Shown here: piece after piece, positions 36,290 to 46,396 of the stretch
Layout of the letters: every line of letters starts with the position of its first letter
Numbering within the stretch: the stretch's first letter is position 1
Source: Patescibacteria group bacterium
GTDB lineage: Bacteria > Patescibacteriota > Patescibacteriia > Patescibacteriales > JBAZCA01
DNA: 64,000 nt
NCBI GenBank assembly: GCA_041671125.1
Contig: JBAZCA010000005.1
Location: 21,864 to 85,863, forward strand
Direction of reading: 5' to 3'
Program-made: the position numbers and the translations under genes
The notes under the pieces: generated by a model
The model's input: the letters and a program-made list of their open reading frames with translations, nothing else
Databases searched by the model: none
Told to the model about the DNA's origin: nothing

Positions 36290-36784
36290 ATGACTGCGTT
36301 GTTCGGGAAAAAAGAAGAAGATGGAGCCAAGGCAAAAAAAACTGTTTCTAAGACAGCCGGAGTTAAGGCTGGAGAAAAAGCGACCCAGACTGAAAAGAAA
36401 AGCATGAAAGAGCTGTATTCCGGAACCGGCGCCAAACCGGCAGCCGCGAAAAAAACCAAAGGAGCTTTAACGGCCGGAACCGGAGAAAAGAAAGTTTACG
36501 GCAGGGCTTATCGGGTTTTAATAAAGCCGCTGGTAACGGAAAAAGCTTCAGTATTAAGTTCGCTGAACAAATATAATTTTTCCGTTTCTCCGGACGCGAA
36601 CCGGATTGAAGTCGCCAAAGCGATTCACGAGGTTTACGGAATCAAGCCGGTGAAAGTTAATATTATTAATAATAAAGGAAAAAAAGTCCGCTACGGCAAA
36701 ACCAAAGGGACGAGAAAAGACTGGAAAAAAGCCGTTGTTACCCTGCCGGCGGGCAAGAGTATTAATGTTTACGAAGGAGTCTAG
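36290..36784 (+). CDS. rplW: 50S ribosomal protein L23 (long Lys/Ala-rich N-terminal extension; start uncertain)
   Basis: Core YRVLIKPLVTEKA..DWKKAVVTL. Confidence 0.85.
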   Translation: MTALFGKKEEDGAKAKKTVSKTAGVKAGEKATQTEKKSMKELYSGTGAKPAAAKKTKGALTAGTGEKKVYGRAYRVLIKPLVTEKASVLSSLNKYNFSVSPDANRIEVAKAIHEVYGIKPVKVNIINNKGKKVRYGKTKGTRKDWKKAVVTLPAGKSINVYEGV

Positions 36785-36836
36785 AAATTTTCAATTTTCA
36801 ATTGTCAATTGTCAATTGAAAATCGTCAATTGAAAT

Positions 36837-37676
36837 ATGGCAGTAATCAAAGTAAAACCAACCACCCCGGGACGCCGTCAGATGACTTATGACGATTTTT
36901 CCGATATTACTAAAACCGAACCGGAAAAAAGGCTCGTTATTTTCAGAAAGCAGAAAAGCGGTCGCAACTCGCAGGGAAAAATCACCGTCCGCCATCGGGG
37001 CGGCGGAGCGCGGCGCTATGTCAGGATTGTTGACTTTAAAAGGGATAAGTTTGATATACCGGCCAAAGTGGCGGCGATTGAATACGATCCGAGTCGTGGA
37101 GCGCGGCTGGCGCTTCTCCATTACGCCGACGGGGAAAAAAGATATATTATTGCCCCGGTCGGACTGGAAGTCGGAGTGTCTATCATGAGTTCAAAGAAAG
37201 AATTGCCGGTAAAGCCGGGTAATACCATGCCTTTGGAATACATGCCGGCCGGAATTTTTGTCCATAACGTTGAATTACAGCCGGGACAGGGAGCGAAATT
37301 AGCCCGGGGGGCGGGAAACGCAATTTCCATCATGGGTATCCTTGGCAAATACGCCCAGCTCCGGTTGCCGTCAAAAGAAGTCAGGCTCGTAAAAAAAGAA
37401 TGCCTTTCAACGGTCGGCCAGGTTTCCAATCCAGAGCATAATAATATCAATTACGGAAAAGCCGGAAGAAGGAGATATTTAGGATTCCGCCCGACTGTCC
37501 GCGGATCGGCCATGAACCCGGTTGACCACCCGCACGGAGGAGGAGAAGGTAATCAGCCGATCGGCCTCCGGCACCCGAAGACGCCCTGGGGTAAACCGGC
37601 TTTAGGCGTCAGAACGAGGAATAAGAAAAAATCATCAAGCAGATTAATAATAAAGAGAAGAGGAAAAAAGAGATAA
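36837..37676 (+). CDS. rplB: 50S ribosomal protein L2
   Basis: [22 protein letters not shown]. Confidence 0.96.
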   Translation: MAVIKVKPTTPGRRQMTYDDFSDITKTEPEKRLVIFRKQKSGRNSQGKITVRHRGGGARRYVRIVDFKRDKFDIPAKVAAIEYDPSRGARLALLHYADGEKRYIIAPVGLEVGVSIMSSKKELPVKPGNTMPLEYMPAGIFVHNVELQPGQGAKLARGAGNAISIMGILGKYAQLRLPSKEVRLVKKECLSTVGQVSNPEHNNINYGKAGRRRYLGFRPTVRGSAMNPVDHPHGGGEGNQPIGLRHPKTPWGKPALGVRTRNKKKSSSRLIIKRRGKKR

Positions 37677-37680
37677 AATT

Positions 37681-37974
37681 ATGTCAAGAAGTCTAAAAAA
37701 AGGACCCTACGTAAATCCAAGGATATTAAAGAAGGTAATGAACCTGAAACCCGGCGACAAGACCATTATTAAGGTTTGGGATCGGTCTTGCGTTATTACG
37801 CCTGAAATGGTAGGATTTACTATCGGGGTGCATAACGGAAAACAGCATGTGCCCGTTTTTATTACCGAAAATATGGTCGGGCATAAGCTGGGTGAGTTTT
37901 CTCCGACAAGAAAATTCGTAAGTCACGGAGGAAAAATCGCCAAAGAACAGGCCAAAGCCGCCCCGGCTAAATAA
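37681..37974 (+). CDS. rpsS: 30S ribosomal protein S19
   Basis: [22 protein letters not shown]. Confidence 0.95.
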   Translation: MSRSLKKGPYVNPRILKKVMNLKPGDKTIIKVWDRSCVITPEMVGFTIGVHNGKQHVPVFITENMVGHKLGEFSPTRKFVSHGGKIAKEQAKAAPAK

Positions 37975-38044
37975 GCCAAAGCGCAGTGTCATGAAGCCTG
38001 TTTTTCTGCTTCATGCGCGCATTTTCAAACTATAAGCCAATAAC

Positions 38045-38653
38045 ATGGAAGTAACAGCCAATTTAAACAATTTAAAGATAGCGCCGAGGAAAGTCCGTCT
38101 CGTTATTGATGTTGTCCGCGGAATGGAAGTGAATAAGGCTTTAACTCAGCTGCAATTCATTAATAAGGAAGCGCGGAAACCGGTGATGAAACTGATTAGT
38201 TCGGCTGTTGCGAATTCGGTCCATAATTTTGACCTGGACAAAAATAACTTGTTTATTAAAAAAGCGACGGTTGACGGCGGGGCGGTTTTAAAGCGCTGGA
38301 TGCCCAAAGCCCACGGCCGAGCCACCCCGATCCGGAAGAGGACCAGCCATATTACTTTGGTGCTGGCTGAAATTGTTGAGAGCGGAAAGAAAGCGCCGAA
38401 AAAGACGGAAGTCGCGGCGCCGATAAAACTCGGGGATATTTCAAAATCGGGAAGCATGCCTAAAGAAGATGAAGGAATTAAGATAAAAAAGAAGAACGAA
38501 GACCGGAAACTTCCGTCCGCTGCCAAACTGCCGGAGGACAAGGGAAAGAAAATCGTTGACCCGAGAGGCGAAGGAAAGGGTAAGCACGTCCGGATTGAAG
38601 GCGCTTCGGAAAAAGGCTTCATCGGCAAAGTGTTCAGACGAAAAAGCGGCTAA
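38045..38653 (+). CDS. rplV: 50S ribosomal protein L22 (about 90-aa basic C-terminal extension)
   Basis: NLKIAPRKVRLVIDVVRG, PKAHGRATPIRKRTSHITLVL. Confidence 0.92.
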   Translation: MEVTANLNNLKIAPRKVRLVIDVVRGMEVNKALTQLQFINKEARKPVMKLISSAVANSVHNFDLDKNNLFIKKATVDGGAVLKRWMPKAHGRATPIRKRTSHITLVLAEIVESGKKAPKKTEVAAPIKLGDISKSGSMPKEDEGIKIKKKNEDRKLPSAAKLPEDKGKKIVDPRGEGKGKHVRIEGASEKGFIGKVFRRKSG

Positions 38654-38740
38654 AATAACCAAGTCAAAAAGTCAAAGAGTCCAGGAGTCAAAAAGTAAGT
38701 TGGCTTTGGACTAGGGACTTTGGACTATGAGACTAATAAC

Positions 38741-39433
38741 ATGGGACAGAAAGTAAATCCAAAAGCATTAAGAACTGGAGTAATTACGGGATGGCCATCC
38801 CGCTGGTTTTCGGACGACAAAAAGCAATTCATAAAAAATCTTGAAGAAGACGTAAAGACGCGGAAATTTTTAACCCGGGAATTTCGGGAAGCCGGAGTAG
38901 ATAAGGTGGAAATTGAGAGGAGCGCCAATAAAGTCGTTATTAATATCCATACCGCTAAACCGGGCATAATTATCGGCCGGAGCGGAAAAGGGATAGAAGA
39001 CCTGAAAGCCAAAATTCATAAAAAATTTCTTTGCCATAACCGTCCGGGTGATATTAATATTAACGTTTTTGAAGTTGATCGGCCAAGCCTGTCCTCCAAC
39101 ATCATTGTCCAGCAGATTGCGGCTGATCTTGAAAAGAGAGTCGCTTTCCGGAGAACTATGAAGCAGGCCATCCAACGAGTGGAAAGAGCCGGAAGCCTCG
39201 GCGTTAAAATAATGGTTAAAGGAAGATTAAACGGCGCTGAAATCGCCCGCGAGGAGAAATTGTCTTCCGGCAGTATTCCACTCCATACGATAAGGGCTGA
39301 TATAAATTATTCACGGGGCACCGCTTTTACTACCTACGGGGCGATCGGAATCAAAGTCTGGATCTACCGCGGCGAAGTATTCGCGGCCGACAACAACGGA
39401 AAAGGCGAAATAGTAGGCAGAAGAAAAAAATAA
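38741..39433 (+). CDS. rpsC: 30S ribosomal protein S3
   Basis: ATG 38741 ([11 protein letters not shown]). KH domain, [10 protein letters not shown]. Confidence 0.94.
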   Translation: MGQKVNPKALRTGVITGWPSRWFSDDKKQFIKNLEEDVKTRKFLTREFREAGVDKVEIERSANKVVINIHTAKPGIIIGRSGKGIEDLKAKIHKKFLCHNRPGDININVFEVDRPSLSSNIIVQQIAADLEKRVAFRRTMKQAIQRVERAGSLGVKIMVKGRLNGAEIAREEKLSSGSIPLHTIRADINYSRGTAFTTYGAIGIKVWIYRGEVFAADNNGKGEIVGRRKK

Positions 39434-39434
39434 T

Positions 39435-39839
39435 ATGTTAATGCCAAAAAGAACAAAATTCAGGAAAATGATGAAAGGCAAGCGGGGCGGGAAAGCCACG
39501 AGACTTATTAATGTAAGCTACGGAAGCTATGGATTAAAAAGCCTGGAAAATTGCTGGGTTTCCTCAAAGCAGATTGAAGCGGCCCGGAGAGTAATTACCC
39601 GTTATACTAAAAAAGGCGGAAAAATCTGGATTCGGATTTTTCCCGATAAACCGGTTACGGCCAAGGGCGGAGAAATGCCTATGGGAAAAGGCAAGGGCGG
39701 AGTTGACCATTATGTCGCCGTCGTAAAGCCCGGCATGGTCATGTTTGAAATGGAAGGCATTGCGGAAGGCCAGGCGCGCGAAGCCATGGAAATGGCCGCC
39801 TATAAGCTGCCGGTTAAATGCAAGTTCGTAACGAAATAA
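39435..39839 (+). CDS. rplP: 50S ribosomal protein L16
   Basis: [23 protein letters not shown]. Confidence 0.95.
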   Translation: MLMPKRTKFRKMMKGKRGGKATRLINVSYGSYGLKSLENCWVSSKQIEAARRVITRYTKKGGKIWIRIFPDKPVTAKGGEMPMGKGKGGVDHYVAVVKPGMVMFEMEGIAEGQAREAMEMAAYKLPVKCKFVTK

Positions 39840-39860
39840 GATACCAAAGAAAATACGCAT

Positions 39861-40046
39861 ATGGAGATGAAAGAAATAAAAAATAAAAGTCAGGCCGAAC
39901 TTAACAGGTTGCTTAGCGAATTCCGCGATAAATTACGGGATTTGAGGTTTAAGGACGCTTCAAAACAGCTGAAGAACGTCCGCGACATAAGGAAAGTCCG
40001 GCAGGATATAGCGAGAATCATGACTGTTTTGAATAGCAATAAATAA
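39861..40046 (+). CDS. rpmC: 50S ribosomal protein L29
   Basis: 61 aa, [19 protein letters not shown]. Sits at the expected operon position. Confidence 0.88.
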   Translation: MEMKEIKNKSQAELNRLLSEFRDKLRDLRFKDASKQLKNVRDIRKVRQDIARIMTVLNSNK

Positions 40047-40053
40047 CCATTGT

Positions 40054-40326
40054 ATGAATAACGATAAAACGAAAAAAGAAAAAAAATCCAGAAAATTCAG
40101 CGGAGTGGTCGTATCCGACAAAATGGATAAAACCATTGTCGTCAGAATTGACCGGACCCGCGTTCATCCGCGCTATAAGAAAAGATACGTCGTATCCGAA
40201 AAGTATAAAGTTCATGACGAGAAAAACCAGTTTAAAGAAGATGACCGGGTTGAATTCGTTGAGTGCCGGCCGCTGTCAAAGGACAAGCGGTGGAAAGTGG
40301 TTTATAATAGTCAAGAAGTCAAATAG
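40054..40326 (+). CDS. rpsQ: 30S ribosomal protein S17
   Basis: [22 protein letters not shown]. Confidence 0.93.
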   Translation: MNNDKTKKEKKSRKFSGVVVSDKMDKTIVVRIDRTRVHPRYKKRYVVSEKYKVHDEKNQFKEDDRVEFVECRPLSKDKRWKVVYNSQEVK

Positions 40327-40403
40327 TCAAAGAGTCTGATAGTCAAGAAGTCCAAAGTCAGATTAAGAGCGACTTTTTGACTCCGGACTATCGGACTAAA
40401 TTT

Positions 40404-40775
40404 ATGATACAAGTGCAGTCAAAAATTAAAGTAGCGGATAACACGGGAGCGAAAGTCGTGATGTGCATCCGCGTGCTCGCCGGCTATAAGCGGCGCTACG
40501 CGGGAGTCGGCGACATGATTACCGCCGCCGTAAAGGAAGCCGCTCCGCACGCCCCGATAAAAAAAGGGGACGTTGTCCACTGCGTTATTGTCCGGACGAA
40601 AAAAGAGATCCGCCGCAAAGACGGAAGCTATCTTCGGTTCGGTGAGAACGCCTGTGTAGTAATTGACAAAGCGAAAAAAGAGCCCAAAGGCACCCGCGTT
40701 TTCGGCCCGGTAGCGAGAGAAATAAGGAAAGCCGGCTACGTGAAGATTGCTTCCCTGGCTCCGGAAGTGTTGTGA
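40404..40775 (+). CDS. rplN: 50S ribosomal protein L14
   Basis: ATG 40404 ([17 protein letters not shown]). Confidence 0.95.
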   Translation: MIQVQSKIKVADNTGAKVVMCIRVLAGYKRRYAGVGDMITAAVKEAAPHAPIKKGDVVHCVIVRTKKEIRRKDGSYLRFGENACVVIDKAKKEPKGTRVFGPVAREIRKAGYVKIASLAPEVL

Positions 40776-40830
40776 TTCCCATAACTCATAACCCATGTGC
40801 GGGTTGAGAGTTACGGGTTATGAGAATATT

Positions 40831-40866
40831 ATGAATATCAAAAAAGGCGACACCCGCTTTCGCTAA
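40831..40866 (+). promoter_or_regulatory. 11-codon upstream mini-ORF duplicating the first 7 codons of rplX
   Basis: atgaatatcaaaaaaggcgac versus the rplX start atgaatattaagaaaggtgac: 18 of 21 nt identical, and all 3 differences are synonymous. It then runs into GC hairpin cccgctttcg..cggcgggcaag and a stop. Confidence 0.35.
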
Positions 40867-40912
40867 AAGCTTCGGCGGGCAAGAGGTAAAAATTTTTACA
40901 GAGAAAATAAAT

Positions 40913-41236
40913 ATGAATATTAAGAAAGGTGACAAAGTTAAGATATTGACCGGAAAAGATAAGGGCAAGACCGGAAAGGTTCTGCAGGTTTTTTTGTCCC
41001 GGGAACGGGCGAGCGTGGAAGGCATAAACCTTCTTATAAAGCATTTGCGCCCGAGGAAGCAGGGGGAAACCGGCCAGCGGATTGAATTTCCCGCCCCGCT
41101 GAATGTTTCAAACTTGATGGTCGTCTGCCCTAAATGCGGCAAACCGGCCCGGGTCGGCCATAAAATAACCGTATCGCCGGACGGCAAGAAAAAGAAATTC
41201 AGGGTTTGCAAGAAATGCGACGGAATAATTGAATAA
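40913..41236 (+). CDS. rplX: 50S ribosomal protein L24 (with CxxC..CxxC zinc ribbon)
   Basis: KOW motif KKGDKVKILTGKDKGKTGKV. CPKCG..CKKCDG. Confidence 0.92.
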   Translation: MNIKKGDKVKILTGKDKGKTGKVLQVFLSRERASVEGINLLIKHLRPRKQGETGQRIEFPAPLNVSNLMVVCPKCGKPARVGHKITVSPDGKKKKFRVCKKCDGIIE

Positions 41237-41237
41237 T

Positions 41238-41786
41238 ATGAGATTACAAGAAAAATACAAAAAAGAAATACTACCTAAGCTGAAAGAGAAATTCGGCTAT
41301 AAGAATGCAATGCAAGCGCCCCGGATTACGAAGGTGGCGATTAACGTCGGCGTGGGAAGAAACGCGAAAGAAAAAGCCTATATTGACGAGGTGGTAAAAA
41401 GCGTAGGGAGAATCGCCGGCCAGAAACCGGTAGAGACTAAAGCCAAAAAATCCATAGCGACTTTTAAGGTAAGGCAGGGAATGATTGTCGGAGTGGCGGT
41501 TACGCTTCGCGGTCGGAGGATGTATGATTTTTTGGAAAAGCTCGTAAACATCTCTTTTCCCCGCGTCCGCGATTTCAGAGGAATCAGCCAAAGCCAGGTT
41601 GACCGGACCGGAAATCTTTCCGTCGGCTTTCGCGAGCATATAGTTTTTCCCGAAATCCGCGCCGATGAAGTTGATAATGTTCACGGGCTGGAAATTTGCG
41701 TCGCCACGACCGCCAAAACCAGGGATGAAGGTCTTTATTTGTTAAAATTAATGGGATTTCCCTTTAAGGAAGAAACAAAAAAATAA
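41238..41786 (+). CDS. rplE: 50S ribosomal protein L5
   Basis: ATG 41238 ([11 protein letters not shown]..), [10 protein letters not shown]. Confidence 0.94.
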   Translation: MRLQEKYKKEILPKLKEKFGYKNAMQAPRITKVAINVGVGRNAKEKAYIDEVVKSVGRIAGQKPVETKAKKSIATFKVRQGMIVGVAVTLRGRRMYDFLEKLVNISFPRVRDFRGISQSQVDRTGNLSVGFREHIVFPEIRADEVDNVHGLEICVATTAKTRDEGLYLLKLMGFPFKEETKK

Positions 41787-41787
41787 T

Positions 41788-41973
41788 ATGGCAAGAACCG
41801 CGATGATTGCAAAATCAAAGAAGAACCCAAAGTTCACCACCCGCAAAGTGAACCGTTGCTGGCGTTGCGGACGGAACCGGGCGTATATGCGGGATTTTAA
41901 CCTTTGCCGGATATGTTTTAGGGAATTGGCGACGCAAGGCAGTATTCCGGGAGTAAGGAAATCGTCATGGTAA
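41788..41973 (+). CDS. rpsN: 30S ribosomal protein S14, zinc-binding short type
   Basis: 61 aa, CWRCGR..CRICFRE. Confidence 0.93.
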   Translation: MARTAMIAKSKKNPKFTTRKVNRCWRCGRNRAYMRDFNLCRICFRELATQGSIPGVRKSSW

Positions 41974-42034
41974 ACCCCGCGCAGAAGCTTAGGATTATAA
42001 ATAGTAATAAATGTAAATATAGAAATAAATAAAT

Positions 42035-42442
42035 ATGACAGATCCAATCGCCGACATGCTAACCAGGGTAAGGAACGCCCTCGCCGTCCGGAAGGAAGAG
42101 GTGGTTTTGCCTATGAGCAAAATGAAACTGAAGATTGCCAAAATTCTTGAAAGCGACGGATGGATTGAAAAAGCGGAAGAAGTTTCCGGCCGGGCGGGAA
42201 AAGAAAAATCAAAATTTAAGGAATTAAGAATATTATTGAAATATAAAGGCGGAAAACCGGCCATCAGCTCAATTAAAAGGATTTCCCGGCCGGGACTCCG
42301 GATTTACGTAAAGAAAAGTGAATTACCGAGAGTTTTAAATAATCTTGGGATAGCGATTATTTCCACCCCCGGCGGCCTGATGACCAACCTGGAAGCGAAA
42401 AAGAAGGGTCTCGGAGGGGAAGTGATCTGCGAAATATATTAA
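42035..42442 (+). CDS. rpsH: 30S ribosomal protein S8
   Basis: [15 protein letters not shown]. Confidence 0.95.
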   Translation: MTDPIADMLTRVRNALAVRKEEVVLPMSKMKLKIAKILESDGWIEKAEEVSGRAGKEKSKFKELRILLKYKGGKPAISSIKRISRPGLRIYVKKSELPRVLNNLGIAIISTPGGLMTNLEAKKKGLGGEVICEIY

Positions 42443-42450
42443 GAATTATT

Positions 42451-42990
42451 ATGTCTAGACTAGGAAAATTGCCAATTGAAATACCGGCCGGAACCCAAGT
42501 AAAAATTGAGAACGGCTTAATAACGGTCAAAGGTCCCAAAGGGGAGCTAAAAGAAAAAACCATTGACCGGGTTATTTTAGAATTGGGTGAAAAAGAAATA
42601 AAACTGAGCGTTAAAAATCCGGAGGATAAAACTGAGCGGTCGCTTTGGGGGATGTTTCGCGGCATCGTTAATAACATGGTCACCGGAGTGAATAAAGGTT
42701 TTGAAAAGAAGCTTGAAATTTCAGGCGTCGGCTACCGCGCCGCGGTTTCCGGCAACAAACTGGTTTTAAACGCCGGCTATTCCCATCCAGTGAATTTCCA
42801 GCTCCCCGAAGGGGTAACCGCCAAAGTTGAAGGCAATGCCATTATATTAAATGGAATCAATAAATACCTGGTCGGAGAGGCCGCGGCCAGGATTAGGAAA
42901 GTCCGGCCGCCCGAACCCTATAAAGGCAAAGGCATTAAATATTCGGACGAGACGATTAGGAGAAAAGCCGGTAAGACCGCGGCGAAGTAA
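42451..42990 (+). CDS. rplF: 50S ribosomal protein L6
   Basis: MSRLGKLPIEIPAG, PEPYKGKGI. Confidence 0.95.
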   Translation: MSRLGKLPIEIPAGTQVKIENGLITVKGPKGELKEKTIDRVILELGEKEIKLSVKNPEDKTERSLWGMFRGIVNNMVTGVNKGFEKKLEISGVGYRAAVSGNKLVLNAGYSHPVNFQLPEGVTAKVEGNAIILNGINKYLVGEAAARIRKVRPPEPYKGKGIKYSDETIRRKAGKTAAK

Positions 42991-43077
42991 TTTATGAATT
43001 ATGAATTAAGAATTATGAATTAAGGAAAGTTTTAAAAGTTTTACTTGAGTATCCTTAATTTTTGATGTCATATTATT

Positions 43078-43434
43078 ATGTCGCGAATTTATTCCAAACA
43101 ATTAAAAAGAGAACGAAGGCGGAAAAAAATCCGGGCTAAAGTTAGCGGCACGGCCGAGCGTCCGAGGCTTTCGGTTTTTAAATCCAACAAGGGCATGTAT
43201 TTGCAATTGATTGACGATGTTTCCGGAAAGACCCTGGCGAGCGCTAGAACCGGAGAATTGAAAGATGCCAAGGGCAAGAAGGCTGATATTAGTTTTGAGC
43301 TAGGAAAGATGCTCGCCGGAAAAGCCGCGGAAAAAGGGATTAAAGGAATAGTTTTTGACCGGGGCGGCTATAAATTCCACGGCCGGGTAAAAGCGGCGGC
43401 CGACGGCGCCAAAGAAGGCGGACTAATATTTTAG
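43078..43434 (+). CDS. rplR: 50S ribosomal protein L18
   Basis: [32 protein letters not shown]. Confidence 0.94.
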   Translation: MSRIYSKQLKRERRRKKIRAKVSGTAERPRLSVFKSNKGMYLQLIDDVSGKTLASARTGELKDAKGKKADISFELGKMLAGKAAEKGIKGIVFDRGGYKFHGRVKAAADGAKEGGLIF

Positions 43435-43439
43435 ATAAT

Positions 43440-43510
43440 CCACAAATCAACAAATCTATTCACAAATCTACGAATATTTGTATATTTGTAACAGATTTGT
43501 TGATTTGTGG
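43440..43510. repeat. 71-nt spacer hairpin (CCACAAATCAACAAATCT family)
   Basis: ccacaaatcaacaaatct (43440-43457) pairs with acagatttgttgatttgtgg (43491-43510). Confidence 0.85.
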
Positions 43511-43585
43511 GAGAGTCAAGTTTTGAAGCAGAATTTACGTTTATATTAGTAAAAATATTTAAAAACGTAAGTCTGTGTACTATAT

Positions 43586-44314
43586 ATGGAAAACGAAAAG
43601 AAAGACAATTCAATAGAGGAAAAAATAGAGAATAAGTCTGAAGAAAAAGTTGAGCAACCGAAAGCCGCGGCAACGGCTCCGGTTCAGGTTGCGGCCGCGC
43701 CAACAGAGGTTAAAGCCGCCGCTCCAGCCAGTCCGGTTTTAGCGAGACCAGCCGGGAGAGGTAATGATCGTTTTCGCGATAAAAGAGGCGGTAGATCTGG
43801 AGGAGGACGGCCGGGCGGACGCAAAGGCGGACGGGGCGAAGAATCGCGGGACGAGTTTGACCAGAAAATTATTGATATCGCCCGGGTAACCAGAGTTATG
43901 GCCGGCGGAAAAAGAATGCGTTTTCGGGCCTGCGTCGCCATCGGCGATAAAAAAGGCAGAGTCGGAATCGGCCTTGCCAAAGGTGCTGATGTTTCGGGCG
44001 CGGTTACTAAGGCTGTTAATAAAGCCAAGAAGAACATGATTAAAGTCCGTATCACGAACGATACTATCCCGCACGAAGTCCGCCATAAATTCGGGGCGGC
44101 CAAGCTTTTATTTAAGCCGGCTCCGGAAGGACGGGGAGTAATCGCCGGCGGAGCGGTTCGCGCGGTAATTGAACTGGCCGGAATAAAGAATATCGTCAGT
44201 AAAATTTTAGGCACCAATAATAAAGTCAATAACGTAAAGTGCGCGATTGAAGCTTTAAAGTCGCTAAAAGGTCCGAGGGAAAAAGCCGGAGCCAAAGAAC
44301 TAAAACAGATCTAA
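43586..44314 (+). CDS. rpsE: 30S ribosomal protein S5 (about 75-aa N-terminal extension)
   Basis: Core IDIARVTRVMAGGKRMRFRA..GIGLAKG. The N-terminus is low-complexity (Ala/Pro, then Gly/Arg). Confidence 0.92.
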   Translation: MENEKKDNSIEEKIENKSEEKVEQPKAAATAPVQVAAAPTEVKAAAPASPVLARPAGRGNDRFRDKRGGRSGGGRPGGRKGGRGEESRDEFDQKIIDIARVTRVMAGGKRMRFRACVAIGDKKGRVGIGLAKGADVSGAVTKAVNKAKKNMIKVRITNDTIPHEVRHKFGAAKLLFKPAPEGRGVIAGGAVRAVIELAGIKNIVSKILGTNNKVNNVKCAIEALKSLKGPREKAGAKELKQI

Positions 44315-44315
44315 T

Positions 44316-44738
44316 ATGTCGTTATCTCTGAATACAATCAATAAAAGCAAAGCCGGAAAAAGCCGGAAAAGGGTCGGCCGGGGGAATGCTTCGGGCCACG
44401 GCACTTATTCCTGCCGGGGAATTAAAGGGCAGAAATCAAGGAGCGGCGCGAGCGGACTAATAAGGCTCGGACTAAAAAGGATGCTTCTTGCCACCCCGAA
44501 ATCCAGAGGTTTTAAATCATCCAATCCGGATAACCAGGTCGTTAATATTTCGGTAATAAACCTGATTTTTAAGGATGGGGAAAAAATAAATCCGCGTTCT
44601 CTTGCCAGGGCCGGATTAATCACTAGCGCCGCTTTGCCAATAAAAATCCTCGGGGACGAAAGGCTAAAAATAAAAAACGCGGTTTTCACGGACGTAAAAA
44701 TGAGCGGACGGGCCAAGGAGTTTATCGGGGAAAAATAA
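44316..44738 (+). CDS. rplO: 50S ribosomal protein L15
   Basis: GRGNASGHGTYSCRG. Directly follows rpsE with no L30 gene between them. Confidence 0.92.
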   Translation: MSLSLNTINKSKAGKSRKRVGRGNASGHGTYSCRGIKGQKSRSGASGLIRLGLKRMLLATPKSRGFKSSNPDNQVVNISVINLIFKDGEKINPRSLARAGLITSAALPIKILGDERLKIKNAVFTDVKMSGRAKEFIGEK

Positions 44739-44741
44739 GAT

Positions 44742-44863
44742 AGGGCTTACGCGTTTGGCGCATTTCTTCGTTGGCACCTGCGATACTCACTCGTCGTAGC
44801 TCAAAGTACGCCTCATTCCGTTTCTCGGCGCCGCCTTGAACTGCACCCAAACGCGTAAGCCCT
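44742..44863. repeat. 122-nt palindromic element (GGGCTTACGCGTTTGG arms)
   Basis: agggcttacgcgtttgg (44742-44758) pairs with ccaaacgcgtaagccct (44847-44863). A left-arm-like copy gggacttacgcgttcggcgca lies at 3210-3230. Confidence 0.8.
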
Positions 44864-44889
44864 AAAAGAGTAATCGCAAAGATTCGAAT

Positions 44890-46161
44890 ATGCTTGATAA
44901 AATTTCTCAAATTTGGAAAGCCAGGGACTTAAGGAATAATATCCTTTTTGTTTTAGGCATGCTGGCGATTTTTCGGCTGGCGGCTCATATTCCGATTCCC
45001 GGAGTTGACGTTTCGGCCTTAAGGGGGTTTTTCCAGTCCAACCAGATTCTCGGGCTTTTAAACATATTTTCTGGCGGCAGTATGGAAAATTTTTCCATAG
45101 TCATGATGGGTGTCGGTCCTTATATTACCTCGTCCATCGTCTTCCAGTTGCTCGCCATGATAATTCCCGCCATGGAAGAGATGAATAAGGAAGAAGCCGG
45201 CCGCCAAAAAATCCAGATGTGGACCCGCTGGACGACCGTGCCCTTGGCCATGCTTCAGTCTTATTCAATGATTACCCTTTTACGGCGTTCGTCGTTCCAG
45301 ATTTTAGGCAATATCAGCAACCTTCAGCTTCTAAGTATGATTATAACCATAACCGCCGGAACCGTATTTCTCATGTGGCTCGGAGAGCTTATAAACGAGA
45401 AAAAAGTCGGCAACGGGATTTCGCTCCTGATTTTCGCCGGTATCGTTTCCAGCCTGCCGCAGACGATCCAGCAGATTGCCGCCACCTATGACCCGTCGCA
45501 ATTGTTTACCATTATAGGATTTATCGCCGTCGCCTTAGTAACAATCGTCGGCGTGGTTATTATAACCGAAGGCCAGAGGAATGTTCCGGTCCAGTACGCG
45601 CGGCAGATCCGCGGCAGTCGGGTTTACGGCGGGACTTCTACTCATCTTCCGTTACGGGTTAACATGGCCGGCGTAATCCCGATTATCTTCGCCATTTCCA
45701 TAATTTTATTTCCGTCCATGATTGCCCAGTTTTTTACCCAGGCGAAAAGCGAATGGCTGGCCGACGGCGCGCGTTCGGTTATCGCGCTTTTTCAGAACCA
45801 GCTTTTCTACGGCATCGCTTATTTTATCCTGGTTTTCGCTTTTACCTATTTTTATACTGAAGTGATTTTTCATCCTAATAAAATCGCCGAAAATCTGCAA
45901 AAGCAGGGCGGCTTTATTCCGGGCATCCGGCCGGGAACGCAAACTTCCGAATACCTGGCTGATACTACTCACCGGATAATTTTTGTCGGCGCCTTGTTTT
46001 TAGGCGTCATCGCGGTTCTGCCTCTGGTTATGCGCTATTTTACCGGCATCCAGGCTTTGTCGGTCGGCGGAACGAGCCTTTTAATCGTCGTATCGGTAGT
46101 TATTGAAACCATGAAGCAGATAGAATCCCAGCTTACTATGCGGGAGTATGAGGGATATTGA
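44890..46161 (+). CDS. secY: Preprotein translocase subunit SecY
   Basis: 423 aa, 10 TM. LGMLAIFRLAAHIPIPG, GISLLIFAGI. Confidence 0.95.
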   Translation: MLDKISQIWKARDLRNNILFVLGMLAIFRLAAHIPIPGVDVSALRGFFQSNQILGLLNIFSGGSMENFSIVMMGVGPYITSSIVFQLLAMIIPAMEEMNKEEAGRQKIQMWTRWTTVPLAMLQSYSMITLLRRSSFQILGNISNLQLLSMIITITAGTVFLMWLGELINEKKVGNGISLLIFAGIVSSLPQTIQQIAATYDPSQLFTIIGFIAVALVTIVGVVIITEGQRNVPVQYARQIRGSRVYGGTSTHLPLRVNMAGVIPIIFAISIILFPSMIAQFFTQAKSEWLADGARSVIALFQNQLFYGIAYFILVFAFTYFYTEVIFHPNKIAENLQKQGGFIPGIRPGTQTSEYLADTTHRIIFVGALFLGVIAVLPLVMRYFTGIQALSVGGTSLLIVVSVVIETMKQIESQLTMREYEGY

Positions 46162-46178
46162 TTTGGAGCTACAGGTAT

Positions 46179-46204
46179 GCCGGCTTTTATAGCCGGTTTT
46201 TTTG
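46179..46204 (+). terminator. Rho-independent terminator after secY
   Basis: ccggct ttta tagccgg followed by ttttttt. Confidence 0.7.
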
Positions 46205-46222
46205 TCGGGAGGAATATGATAT

Positions 46223-46394
46223 AATGTAAAATGTAAATATCAAAATGCAAAATGACAAAGATAAAAATTTAAAATGAATGAATAATAAATAAAGAATCAT
46301 GAATTATGCTTACTGCTGATTTTAAAATTCCATTATTCATTATTCGTAATTCATGATTCAAATTTTTTCATTTTGATTTTTAATTTTTACATTG
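46223..46394. repeat. About 170-nt AT-rich nested palindrome
   Basis: aatgtaaaatgtaaatatcaaaatg.. pairs with ..cattttgatttttaatttttacatt. Inner pair is gaatcatgaattatg / cgtaattcatgattc. Confidence 0.7.
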
Positions 46395-46396
46395 TT

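Noticed and set aside
35606-44295. Minus-strand ORFs inside the ribosomal protein genes (for example 35606-36250, 38146-38628, 43684-44295)
   Set aside because: These are shadow frames of rplD, rplV and rpsE. They have no motifs, and the plus-strand genes are certain.
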